Positions 40,046-47,748 of a DNA stretch of 64,000 bases are shown here, one piece after another (positions within the stretch are counted from its first letter, which is position 1; the number at the start of each line of letters is the position of its first letter). The stretch comes from a virus. The notes under the pieces were generated by a model that saw only the letters and a program-made list of their open reading frames with translations, had not been told where the DNA came from and did no database searches. The stretch lies in IMG/VR virus record IMGVR_UViG_3300027708_000024; one strand, given 5' to 3'. Made by a program: the position numbers and the translations under genes.

Positions 40046-40710
40046 TGATTATTGGATTTGTCGGATTCATTGGTTCAGGTAAAGGAACTGCTGGTGATAT
40101 TCTGAAAGACTTAGGTTTTATTCCTATAAGTTTTGCGGGGCTAGTTAAAGATGTAACTGCTGTTATGTTCGACTGGCCTCGCCATTTACTTGAAGGTGAT
40201 ACCGACGAATCCCGTTTATTCAGAGAAACACCAGATGCATATTGGTCATCAAAGCAAGGTTATGATTTTACTCCACGTGAAGCATTACAGAAGATAGGAA
40301 CAGAATGTGGTCGTGATGTATTTCATAAAGATTTTTGGATTCTTGCACTAGAGAAACAAATAGACAAGAATAAAAATTATGTCATTACCGATGTTCGTTT
40401 TCCAAATGAAATAGAATGGATACAAAAAGAAGAAGGTTTTGTTATTGAAATTCAAAGAGGTGACAATCCTTTTTGGTATGACAAATTGACTGATACTTTG
40501 TTTGATAAAAGTAAAACCGAGTATATGTCTACATTTGATGTACACTATTCTGAATGGGCATGGGTAGGAGAAGAAATTGATGCTATAATCCTAAACAATG
40601 GAACTGTGGAAGATTTAAAAAATAATATTGTTGTAGTATTGACAAATTATCTAGGTAAGTCTATAATGAATGAATTATTACATAATGGAGAACAAGATGA
40701 AATTATCTAA
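40045..40710 (+). CDS. Deoxynucleoside monophosphate kinase (T4 gp1-like)
   Basis: GFIGSGKGT; TPREALQKIGTE; ITDVRFPNE. Confidence 0.88.
   Translation: MIIGFVGFIGSGKGTAGDILKDLGFIPISFAGLVKDVTAVMFDWPRHLLEGDTDESRLFRETPDAYWSSKQGYDFTPREALQKIGTECGRDVFHKDFWILALEKQIDKNKNYVITDVRFPNEIEWIQKEEGFVIEIQRGDNPFWYDKLTDTLFDKSKTEYMSTFDVHYSEWAWVGEEIDAIILNNGTVEDLKNNIVVVLTNYLGKSIMNELLHNGEQDEII
40639..40667 (+). promoter_or_regulatory. Consensus sigma70 promoter for gp45
   Basis: TTGACA-17-TATAAT. Confidence 0.85.
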
Positions 40711-41377
40711 TGATACCATTGATGTGTTGAAGAACTTTTCAAGCATCAATTCTGGTATATTCTTTAAACAAGGTACTAAACTCGCAACAGTATCTTCAAA
40801 CAAAAACATTCTTGCTGAAGCAGGAATTAAAGATGAAATCCCATCTGACTTTGCAATCTATGACTTAAACAATTTACTTCAATTGTTGAGTTTGGAGAAA
40901 GATTGTCCTGATTTGGAATTCGATGACAAAAATGTCATTATCAAAACATTGAATGGTCGTAGTAAAATTAAATATCGTTTTGCCGCAAAAGAAATGATTG
41001 TTACTCCACCAGAAAAAAGATTGACATTACCTACGGTTGATGTTCAGTTTACTCTGAGTGAAGGTGACTTTGGTTGGATCATGAAAACTGCATCTATTCT
41101 TTCCGCACCACATATCATGATTGAAAACTCTGGTACTGGAATCAAATTGACTGCATGTGATGCAAAAGATGATTCTAAAAGCACAAACTCAATCGGTGTT
41201 GGTGACGATGATGGTAAAAAATACAAGTTTACTTTTTCTACAGAGAATCTTAAAATGGTTCCTGGATCATATGATGTTGAAGTCTGTGCTAAAGGTCTAG
41301 CACATTTTAAAAACAAGGCAAAAGACATTCAGTATTGGATTGCACTTGAACCTAAATTCTCAAAATTTGAAGGATAA
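40697..41377 (+). CDS. gp45: Sliding clamp
   Basis: MKLSNDTIDVLKNFSSINSGI; FAIYDLN; YWIALE. Confidence 0.95.
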   Translation: MKLSNDTIDVLKNFSSINSGIFFKQGTKLATVSSNKNILAEAGIKDEIPSDFAIYDLNNLLQLLSLEKDCPDLEFDDKNVIIKTLNGRSKIKYRFAAKEMIVTPPEKRLTLPTVDVQFTLSEGDFGWIMKTASILSAPHIMIENSGTGIKLTACDAKDDSKSTNSIGVGDDDGKKYKFTFSTENLKMVPGSYDVEVCAKGLAHFKNKAKDIQYWIALEPKFSKFEG

Positions 41378-41379
41378 TT

Positions 41380-41577
41380 ATGTTACTATATTTCACTGAT
41401 GCAAACACACAACGTTCAGTTGCAGTTAATCCTGCTTTTGTTGCAGTTGTTTATGAAACAAAATTGAATGAAGAATCCGAAACGTTGATTACTGTTATCA
41501 ACACCACAACGGGTAATATTCCTGTAGATTTGCCTATGATTGAAGTTGTTGGTAAGTTGAACGGAGAATTAAAATGA
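41380..41577 (+). CDS. Hypothetical protein
   Basis: 65-aa ORF with SD AAGGA. Confidence 0.65.
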   Translation: MLLYFTDANTQRSVAVNPAFVAVVYETKLNEESETLITVINTTTGNIPVDLPMIEVVGKLNGELK

Positions 41578-41852
41578 CAACTGTCCAAACCTTGTTTGGA
41601 ACGTTCGATGAGAATCAATTAAAAACACTTGCAGGTGCCATCGATGAGATGGTACTTGTAATGCATAGAATGGATTCAGAAAAAGAATCAATGAAAGATA
41701 TCATCGATGCCACTTATGATAACTTGAAATTACCTAAGAAGATTATTCGTAAAATGGCGAAAGTCAAATACAAACAATCTTTTCAAAGTGAAGTTGCAGA
41801 ACATAAAGAATTTGAAGCATTATTTGAAGGTATTAGTGAAGTAAAATCTTGA
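41574..41852 (+). CDS. dsDNA-binding protein, T4 DsbA/GapR-like
   Basis: Helical 92 aa; KDII...PKKIIRKMAK..KQSF..E...FEALF pattern. Confidence 0.6.
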   Translation: MTTVQTLFGTFDENQLKTLAGAIDEMVLVMHRMDSEKESMKDIIDATYDNLKLPKKIIRKMAKVKYKQSFQSEVAEHKEFEALFEGISEVKS

Positions 41853-41877
41853 TAGTTTGATGTGCGTGATGTATAAT
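41849..41877 (+). promoter_or_regulatory. Sigma70-type promoter for gp44
   Basis: TTGATA-17-TATAAT. Confidence 0.7.
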
Positions 41878-41902
41878 TATGTTTTTATTATGGAGAATGT
41901 GA

Positions 41903-42841
41903 ATGAACCAAGAATTTTTGTGGGTGGAGAAGTATCGCCCAAATAAAATTGAAGATTGTATTCTTCCGGATGCAATCAAAAAATCATTTCTTGAGTATGT
42001 CAAACAAGGTGAAATTCCAAATCTTCTTCTCGCAGGCACAGCAGGCGTAGGTAAAACTACAATTGCCCGTGCCTTGTGTGAAGAAATTGGTTGTGACTAT
42101 ATCATCATTAACGGTTCTGATGAATCTGGAATTGATGTATTAAGAAACAAAATCAAAAACTATGCTTCCTCCATGAGTTTAACGGGCGGAAGAAAGGTTA
42201 TTATTTTAGATGAAGCAGACTATCTAAATCCCAATTCAACGCAACCAGCACTGCGTGGAGCAATCGAGGAGTTCTCTTCCAACTGTTCTTTCATCTTTAC
42301 TTGTAACTATAAGAATCGAATCATCGAACCATTGCACTCTAGATGTGCTGTCGTTGAATTCAAAATTCAAAATGGTCAAAAAGCAAAGATGGCATCACAG
42401 TTCTTCAAACGTGTCGAATGGATCCTTGCACAGGAAAACATTCAATACAGTAAAGAAGTTGTTGCTGCCGTTATCACAAAACACTTTCCAGATAATCGTA
42501 GGATTCTAAATGAGTTGCAACGATATGCTGCATCAGGTGTAATTGATGAAGGTATTCTTGGATCGGTTGCTGATATTCAAATTTCAGGTCTAATCAAAGC
42601 AGTAAAAGAAAAAGACTTTGGTTCAACACGCAAATGGGTTGCACTCAACTTAGATAATGATCCTGTACGAATCTATCGTAAGATTTATGATGCACTCTAT
42701 GAGTTTCTAAAGCCTAACTCTATTCCTCAAGCAGTATTAATTCTTGCAAAATATCAATATCAAGCAGCATTCTGTGCTGATCAAGAAATCAATCTTGTTG
42801 CATGTCTGACTGAATTCATGATAGAATGCGAGTTTCTATGA
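41903..42841 (+). CDS. gp44: Clamp loader large subunit
   Basis: LWVEKYRP; GTAGVGKTT; IILDEAD; SRC. Confidence 0.96.
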   Translation: MNQEFLWVEKYRPNKIEDCILPDAIKKSFLEYVKQGEIPNLLLAGTAGVGKTTIARALCEEIGCDYIIINGSDESGIDVLRNKIKNYASSMSLTGGRKVIILDEADYLNPNSTQPALRGAIEEFSSNCSFIFTCNYKNRIIEPLHSRCAVVEFKIQNGQKAKMASQFFKRVEWILAQENIQYSKEVVAAVITKHFPDNRRILNELQRYAASGVIDEGILGSVADIQISGLIKAVKEKDFGSTRKWVALNLDNDPVRIYRKIYDALYEFLKPNSIPQAVLILAKYQYQAAFCADQEINLVACLTEFMIECEFL

Positions 42842-43128
42842 ATCCGATTATTATAGGTATTATAGATTGGATTAAAGATGATTGGAAATCAAATTCATTT
42901 CGTTTCTGTGTAGAGTTATTTGTTTGGTTATTGAGCATTACATGTTCACTAGTGGTGGCAATAACTGTTCCTACTCCACCTTTTTTCATATTGTATCCTA
43001 TTTGGATTACTGGATGTGCCTTATATACATGGGTGGCATATAGTAGAAAATCTTTTGGTATGTTAGCAAATTATCTTTTGTTGACTAGTATTGATCTTTT
43101 AGGATTTGTGAGGTTACTCAATGCCTGA
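42838..43128 (+). CDS. Small membrane protein inserted between gp44 and gp62
   Basis: Three hydrophobic segments; ATGA overlap with the gp44 stop. Confidence 0.7.
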   Translation: MNPIIIGIIDWIKDDWKSNSFRFCVELFVWLLSITCSLVVAITVPTPPFFILYPIWITGCALYTWVAYSRKSFGMLANYLLLTSIDLLGFVRLLNA

Positions 43129-43507
43129 TCTATTCAAAGAGATTATTCCATCAATCTTACAAACCAAAAAAAGTGTCATTAACGATGAAATAGATGAAAA
43201 AGACTACGCTCCTTTCATAGTTAATCGTGCATTGTCTTACCATATGGATTGCATTCTTTATGCAAATCAAATGAATATGTCCCATAATGTTGATAAAAAA
43301 CTACAATATTCGTATCTTCTAAATAGTGTCAGACCCATGAAAAGAAAGTTTCAATCTTGGATTAAACCTGAAAAAGAGACAGAATTAGAATATATCAAGA
43401 AATATTATGGTTATTCAAATCAAAAAGCCAAAGAGGCTTTGCGTATTCTAAATCATGAACAAATTTCTGCTATAAAAGAAAAACTACAAATAGGCGGAGT
43501 GAAATAA
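43121..43507 (+). CDS. gp62: Clamp loader small subunit
   Basis: YAPFIVNRALS; YYGYSNQKAKEAL. Confidence 0.92.
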   Translation: MPDLFKEIIPSILQTKKSVINDEIDEKDYAPFIVNRALSYHMDCILYANQMNMSHNVDKKLQYSYLLNSVRPMKRKFQSWIKPEKETELEYIKKYYGYSNQKAKEALRILNHEQISAIKEKLQIGGVK

Positions 43508-43912
43508 ATGATAAAAATAGAAAATATGGTAGAAGTAACTTTGAATGAAAAAGATGATTTTCTCAAAGTTCGTGAGACCCTAACACGTATTGGTGTTGCA
43601 TCAAAAAAAGATAAAATACTCTTTCAATCTTGCCATATACTGCACAAGCAAGGTAAGTATTATATTACTCATTTTAAAGAGTTATTTGCACTTGATGGAA
43701 AACCAACAGACATTACAGAAAACGATATTGCTCGTAGGAACACAATTGCCAATTTACTAGAAGATTGGGAATTGATTACTATTCTTGATCCAGAAAAAAC
43801 AAAAGAACCAGAAGTTTCTTTGTCTCAGATTAAAATCATTGCTTTCAAAGAAAAGAATGATTGGCAATTAACTCCCAAGTATAATATTGGCAAAAAACCA
43901 CAAAGAGATTAA
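43508..43912 (+). CDS. regA: Translational repressor RegA
   Basis: DFLKVRETLTRIGVAS; QSCHILHKQGKYYITHFKELF. Confidence 0.96.
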   Translation: MIKIENMVEVTLNEKDDFLKVRETLTRIGVASKKDKILFQSCHILHKQGKYYITHFKELFALDGKPTDITENDIARRNTIANLLEDWELITILDPEKTKEPEVSLSQIKIIAFKEKNDWQLTPKYNIGKKPQRD

Positions 43913-43919
43913 ATTCTCG

Positions 43920-43927
43920 TATAAATA
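43920..43927 (+). promoter_or_regulatory. T4-type late promoter for the hsp20 leader
   Basis: TATAAATA. Confidence 0.75.
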
Positions 43928-43933
43928 CTATTA

Positions 43934-44061
43934 TTCTCAACGGGATGGGAAGACTTCACCTTAGGACCGCTATGGTACGAAGCGTTATTAAATCGGACAC
44001 AACGATATGGTGTCACTGGAATCCGTAACCAGTTTTTACATGCTATGCCTTCGGGGTAGCA
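43934..44061 (+). ncRNA. Structured 5' leader RNA of hsp20
   Basis: Several hairpins with complementary loops, plus a CUUCGG hairpin at 44041-44061. Confidence 0.5.
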
Positions 44062-44070
44062 AAATTATTA

Positions 44071-44097
44071 ACTTGCTTATTTAAGGAGTCAATTATG
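44071..44097 (+). promoter_or_regulatory. ROSE-like RNA thermometer hairpin
   Basis: ACTTGCTT pairs with AAGGAGT (SD) with a bulged G; UUGCU signature. Confidence 0.55.
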
Positions 44098-44538
44098 ACA
44101 AAGCAAATCACCTCCACATTTAACCCATTTTTTGACATGAAGCGTCTTGATCCATTTTCAATTGGATTCGATAAGATGTTTGAACAACTGGTTTTAGAAA
44201 CCTCAAAAACAGTTCCAACATATCCACCATATAATATCAAAAAAGTAAAAGATAACAAATATGTCATCGAGATGGCAGTTGCTGGTTTTTCACAATCTGA
44301 TATTGAAGTTACTGTTGAAGGTAACACATTAGTTGTTCAAGGTAATGTTAATGATAATGATCCAAAAGATGGCACAATGTTATATCAAGGTATCGCAAAC
44401 CGTGCATTCAAACGTACATGGACACTTGCAGATAAAGTAGAAATTCAAAATGCCGAGATGGTAAATGGTATGTTGAAAATCTGGTTGGAAAACTTGATTA
44501 AAACACAAGAAACTATCAAAAAGATAAAAGTTAATTAA
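44095..44538 (+). CDS. hsp20: Small heat-shock protein (Hsp20/IbpA-like)
   Basis: YPPYNI; IEMAVAGF; YQGIANRAF; NGML. Confidence 0.93.
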   Translation: MTKQITSTFNPFFDMKRLDPFSIGFDKMFEQLVLETSKTVPTYPPYNIKKVKDNKYVIEMAVAGFSQSDIEVTVEGNTLVVQGNVNDNDPKDGTMLYQGIANRAFKRTWTLADKVEIQNAEMVNGMLKIWLENLIKTQETIKKIKVN

Positions 44539-44549
44539 CTTTGGCAAAC

Positions 44550-44581
44550 ATGGTGGGTTGATCTTGACCCACCATTCTTTC
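44550..44581 (+). terminator. Terminator after hsp20
   Basis: ATGGTGGGTT/GACCCACCAT stem followed by TCTTT. Confidence 0.65.
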
Positions 44582-44592
44582 TGTGATATACT
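44564..44592 (+). promoter_or_regulatory. Sigma70-type promoter overlapping the terminator
   Basis: TTGACC-17-TATACT with TG extension. Confidence 0.65.
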
Positions 44593-44601
44593 GTTTACAT
44601 C

Positions 44602-44802
44602 ATGAAAAAACATTCAATAAAACCTACAGTCCAAACGGTTCGGAACAGACTGAACCCTGAGGATATCTATTACACTTGGAACAATTGGGAACCAAGGAGT
44701 ATCGACGGCGTATTATTTTTGCCCGTAGTCAAAAAATATCCATCTAATCAAACACAACAAATACATTATGTCAAAAAAGACAACATGGAATTTATAAAAT
44801 GA
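44602..44802 (+). CDS. Hypothetical protein
   Basis: 66-aa ORF, near-leaderless after the promoter. Confidence 0.6.
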   Translation: MKKHSIKPTVQTVRNRLNPEDIYYTWNNWEPRSIDGVLFLPVVKKYPSNQTQQIHYVKKDNMEFIK

Positions 44803-45605
44803 AAATTGCTGTTTGTAGTGATCTGCATTTGGAATTTGGTACTGTCAATCTCGAAAATACAGAGAATGCGGATGTCCTGATTCTTGGTGGTGATATTTGT
44901 GTTGCCGCAGATTTGAATATGAAAGATGAATATGCAATTGACTCAAGTTCTAATCGCTCTGAAAGACTTCATGAATTCTTTGATAGATGTTGTGGAAGAT
45001 TTTCCCACGTTATTTACACCACCGGAAATCATGAACACTATCACGGTAATTTTAGCAATACTTATCGAGTTCTCCTTGATAGGCTTGGCTATCTACGGAA
45101 TCTACATATCCTAGATAAGGAAACATTTGTATTGGATGATATTACATTCATTGTTGGTACATTATGGACTGATATGAATAAAGAAGATCCTATCACCCTA
45201 ATGCAAATGCCAAAAGTGATGAATGATTTTCGTTATGTAAAAAATGGTGAAGTAACATTTACACCAAGAGATGCCGTTGCTGACCATAAAAAAATGCTAG
45301 ACTGCATCAAGACTACAATCGAAGGTCGAGTTGATGAGAAATTTGTTGTAGTTGGTCATCATGCACCAAGTAGAATGTCTACGCATTCTGTGTATGCAAA
45401 AGAAGTAATTATGAATGGTGGTTATAGTTCTGATTTGAATGATTTGATCTTATCTAATCCACAAATAAAATTATGGACTCATGGCCATACTCACCATGAA
45501 TTTGATTACATGATTGGTGATTGTCGTGTGGTATGTAATCCTCGTGGTTACAAGAATTATGAAGATCGTGCTGATAATTTTGAATTGAAATTTGTAGAGG
45601 TTTGA
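44799..45605 (+). CDS. Calcineurin-like metallophosphoesterase
   Basis: SDLHLE; GGDI; GNHE; HHAP; HGHTH; CNPRGY. Confidence 0.9.
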   Translation: MKIAVCSDLHLEFGTVNLENTENADVLILGGDICVAADLNMKDEYAIDSSSNRSERLHEFFDRCCGRFSHVIYTTGNHEHYHGNFSNTYRVLLDRLGYLRNLHILDKETFVLDDITFIVGTLWTDMNKEDPITLMQMPKVMNDFRYVKNGEVTFTPRDAVADHKKMLDCIKTTIEGRVDEKFVVVGHHAPSRMSTHSVYAKEVIMNGGYSSDLNDLILSNPQIKLWTHGHTHHEFDYMIGDCRVVCNPRGYKNYEDRADNFELKFVEV

Positions 45606-45606
45606 T

Positions 45607-45885
45607 ATGGAAAAAAAATTATACTTAGTTGAAACCGTTTCAATGTTTCGTATGCGATATGTTGTTGAAGCAAAAGAAGCAGAACATGCTACTGATGAAG
45701 TAGTAATGCGTACCGATCAAATAACAGAATTCTCACAACATCATGTTGATGAGAACATTCTCTCGGTTCGTGAATTGAGTAGATTGGATTATCTTGATCT
45801 ATTTGATAAAGACAATGACTATTTGTCATCATGGGATGAAGAAGCAAAAATGAATTTTATTAATAAGATTGATTATGATAACTGA
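45607..45885 (+). CDS. Conserved hypothetical phage protein
   Basis: YLVETVSMFRMRYVV; EFSQHH. Confidence 0.7.
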   Translation: MEKKLYLVETVSMFRMRYVVEAKEAEHATDEVVMRTDQITEFSQHHVDENILSVRELSRLDYLDLFDKDNDYLSSWDEEAKMNFINKIDYDN

Positions 45886-46156
45886 TAAAAATGAAGAAGC
45901 ATTAAGAATTCTTCAAGAAGAATGCGCTGAAGTGATTCAAGCAATTAGTAAAATATTTAGGTTTGGTGCAGACATGAGTTACCCAACAAATGATTCACCA
46001 ACCAATAGAAATAAACTTGAAGAAGAAATTGGTGATTTGCTTGCAATGGTAGAAATTCTAGTTGCAGCAAAATACTTAGATGAAACTCATCTTAGCGAAG
46101 CATCAAAAAATAAAAAATTGAAACTATTAAAATGGTCATCCATTTATGAAAACTAA
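45875..46156 (+). CDS. MazG-like nucleotide pyrophosphohydrolase
   Basis: LQEECAEVIQAISK...LEEEIGDLL. Confidence 0.8.
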   Translation: MITDKNEEALRILQEECAEVIQAISKIFRFGADMSYPTNDSPTNRNKLEEEIGDLLAMVEILVAAKYLDETHLSEASKNKKLKLLKWSSIYEN

Positions 46157-46580
46157 ATTTGTTAATGCATATATGAAAGTTGCGGAAACGTTTGCAGAAC
46201 TTTCATCAGCAAGACGCCTTCATGTTGGTGCGGTTATTGTAAAAGATGACCGCATCATTTCTATTGGATATAATGGTACACCAACTGGTTGGGATAACAA
46301 TTGCGAAGATGAATTTCTATCTGAAGATGGTAGTTTCATGTTGAAAACTAAACCAGAAACCCTTCATGCAGAAACCAATGCAATTGCTAAGTTAGCAAAA
46401 TCTACAGAATCTGGTGATGGTGCTACTCTTTTTGTTACTCATGCACCATGTTTAGATTGTGGTAAACTTGTATATCAAAGTGGAATTCGTACAGTATTTT
46501 ATCGTAATGAATATCGTGATACTAGAGGAATTGAGTTTCTAAAAAAAGCAGGCGTTACAATAGAAAAAATAAATACTTAA
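46146..46580 (+). CDS. cd: dCMP deaminase
   Basis: GYNG; HAETNAI; PCLDC. Confidence 0.92.
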   Translation: MKTKFVNAYMKVAETFAELSSARRLHVGAVIVKDDRIISIGYNGTPTGWDNNCEDEFLSEDGSFMLKTKPETLHAETNAIAKLAKSTESGDGATLFVTHAPCLDCGKLVYQSGIRTVFYRNEYRDTRGIEFLKKAGVTIEKINT

Positions 46581-46626
46581 CTGGATAATGCATATTTGAA
46601 ATCGGAGTGATTTTAAGGAAACCAAG

Positions 46627-47133
46627 ATGCGTATACAGGTATTTAATTGTCCTGATAAAGAGTTCAAACCTTACATTATTGATGCTGTTGAATTTTATAG
46701 TCAGTCTTTATTTTCTAATAAGATGTTAGAATCAGACTTGAATATTAAAATCAAATTTAATAGTAAATTGACTGTTTATGGTTACGCATCAATTATTGGA
46801 TACAACAAATCGAAGAAAGCCAGAAAATTTTTAATCGAACTGCATCCAGGTATTGGTTCTAGAAGAATACTGGAAACATTGGCACATGAGATGGTTCATG
46901 TAAAGCAGTTTGCATACAATGAGACTAATGAAAAATTAAGCAGATGGAAAGGCACAAAAATCAATCCTGAGCAGGTAGATTACTTTGACCATCCTTGGGA
47001 AATAGAAGCATACGGTAAAGAAGTTGGATTGTTTACCAAATATGCCATACATAATCAATTGTGGCATGTGTTTAGTGATATCAGAAATCCAGATGATCCG
47101 ATAGAAATTGGCAAGATTAATTGGAAAATGTGA
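46627..47133 (+). CDS. Zincin-type metallopeptidase-like protein
   Basis: LAHEMVHVKQ...HPWEIEA. Confidence 0.75.
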   Translation: MRIQVFNCPDKEFKPYIIDAVEFYSQSLFSNKMLESDLNIKIKFNSKLTVYGYASIIGYNKSKKARKFLIELHPGIGSRRILETLAHEMVHVKQFAYNETNEKLSRWKGTKINPEQVDYFDHPWEIEAYGKEVGLFTKYAIHNQLWHVFSDIRNPDDPIEIGKINWKM

Positions 47134-47150
47134 TAAATTTATTAACTTTT

Positions 47151-47168
47151 TGTTGTTTTTTTACAACA
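47151..47168. promoter_or_regulatory. Palindromic operator-like motif TGTTG-N8-CAACA
   Basis: 6 nt upstream of the -35 at 47175; second copy at 47696-47713. Confidence 0.55.
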
Positions 47169-47174
47169 AAACCC

Positions 47175-47203
47175 TTGACTTTATAAAAAAAATACTATAT
47201 AAT
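47175..47203 (+). promoter_or_regulatory. Sigma70-type promoter of the leader-tRNA operon
   Basis: TTGACT-17-TATAAT. Confidence 0.85.
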
Positions 47204-47236
47204 AGCAGAATATTAAATTTTAACTGAAAGAAAAAA

Positions 47237-47332
47237 ATGTTGTCCTTACATAAACCCACAACCAGTCAACCAGGATATCGCACAATTAATTGCGGCGAAG
47301 CGTCATGGTTTGCCTTCGGGGTTCGTGTATAG
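47237..47332 (+). CDS. Putative attenuator leader peptide (31 aa) MLSLHKPTTSQPGYRTINCGEASWFAFGVRV
   Basis: ATG 47237, TAG 47330-47332, GAAAG SD-like at 47226-47230; 30 distinct codons; 3' end complementary to the terminator 5' arm. Confidence 0.7.
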   Translation: MLSLHKPTTSQPGYRTINCGEASWFAFGVRV

Positions 47333-47357
47333 ATAGTAAAAGTTAAACTCTAAACAC

Positions 47358-47388
47358 AAGACCCCTAATCAAAAGTTAGGGGTTTTTT
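47358..47388 (+). terminator. Attenuator terminator preceding the tRNA array
   Basis: GACCCCTAAT-CAAAA-GTTAGGGGTT with T6 tract, 12 nt before tRNA-Ser. Confidence 0.85.
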
Positions 47389-47400
47389 GTTTGTAGTTTT

Positions 47401-47490
47401 GGAAGTGTGCCAGAGTCCGGTTTATTGGAACAGTCTTGAAAACTGTCGTATCGAAAGGTACCGTGAGTTCGAATCTCACCGCTTCCGCCA
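47401..47490 (+). tRNA. tRNA-Ser(TGA)
   Basis: GGAAGTG/CGCTTCC acceptor; ACAGT-CTTGAAA-ACTGT; long variable arm; encoded CCA. Confidence 0.93.
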
Positions 47491-47498
47491 GATTAACT

Positions 47499-47592
47499 GG
47501 AACATTGGCCGAGTTGGTCTAAGGCACTTTCCTGCTAAGAAAGCATCGGGTCAAAAACCTGATCGTTGGTTCGAATCCAACATGTTCCGCCA
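47499..47592 (+). tRNA. tRNA-Ser(GCT)
   Basis: GGAACAT/ATGTTCC; CTTTC-CTGCTAA-GAAAG; long variable arm; CCA. Confidence 0.93.
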
Positions 47593-47601
47593 AAGTTTCA
47601 T

Positions 47602-47677
47602 GTACAGGTGGTCTGAGTGGTTAGGCGGCAGGTTGCAACCCTGTCCTATGCAGGTTCGATTCCTGTCCTGTACTCCA
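47602..47677 (+). tRNA. tRNA-Cys(GCA)
   Basis: GTACAGG/CCTGTAC; GCAGG-TTGCAAC-CCTGT; U73; CCA. Confidence 0.9.
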
Positions 47678-47695
47678 GTTGCAAAAATAGTAACA

Positions 47696-47746
47696 TGTTG
47701 TATAAAAACAACAGCGCTTGACAAAACGATTAATTGGTAGTATAAT
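47696..47746 (+). promoter_or_regulatory. Palindrome plus consensus sigma70 promoter
   Basis: TGTTG-TATAAAAA-CAACA, then TTGACA (47718)-17-TATAAT (47741). Confidence 0.85.
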
Positions 47747-47748
47747 TG

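Noticed and set aside
43950-44035. Pistol or twister ribozyme in the hsp20 leader
   Set aside because: Fragments such as TTAGG and AAGCGTT resemble pistol, but the order and pairings do not fit; kept as an unassigned RNA
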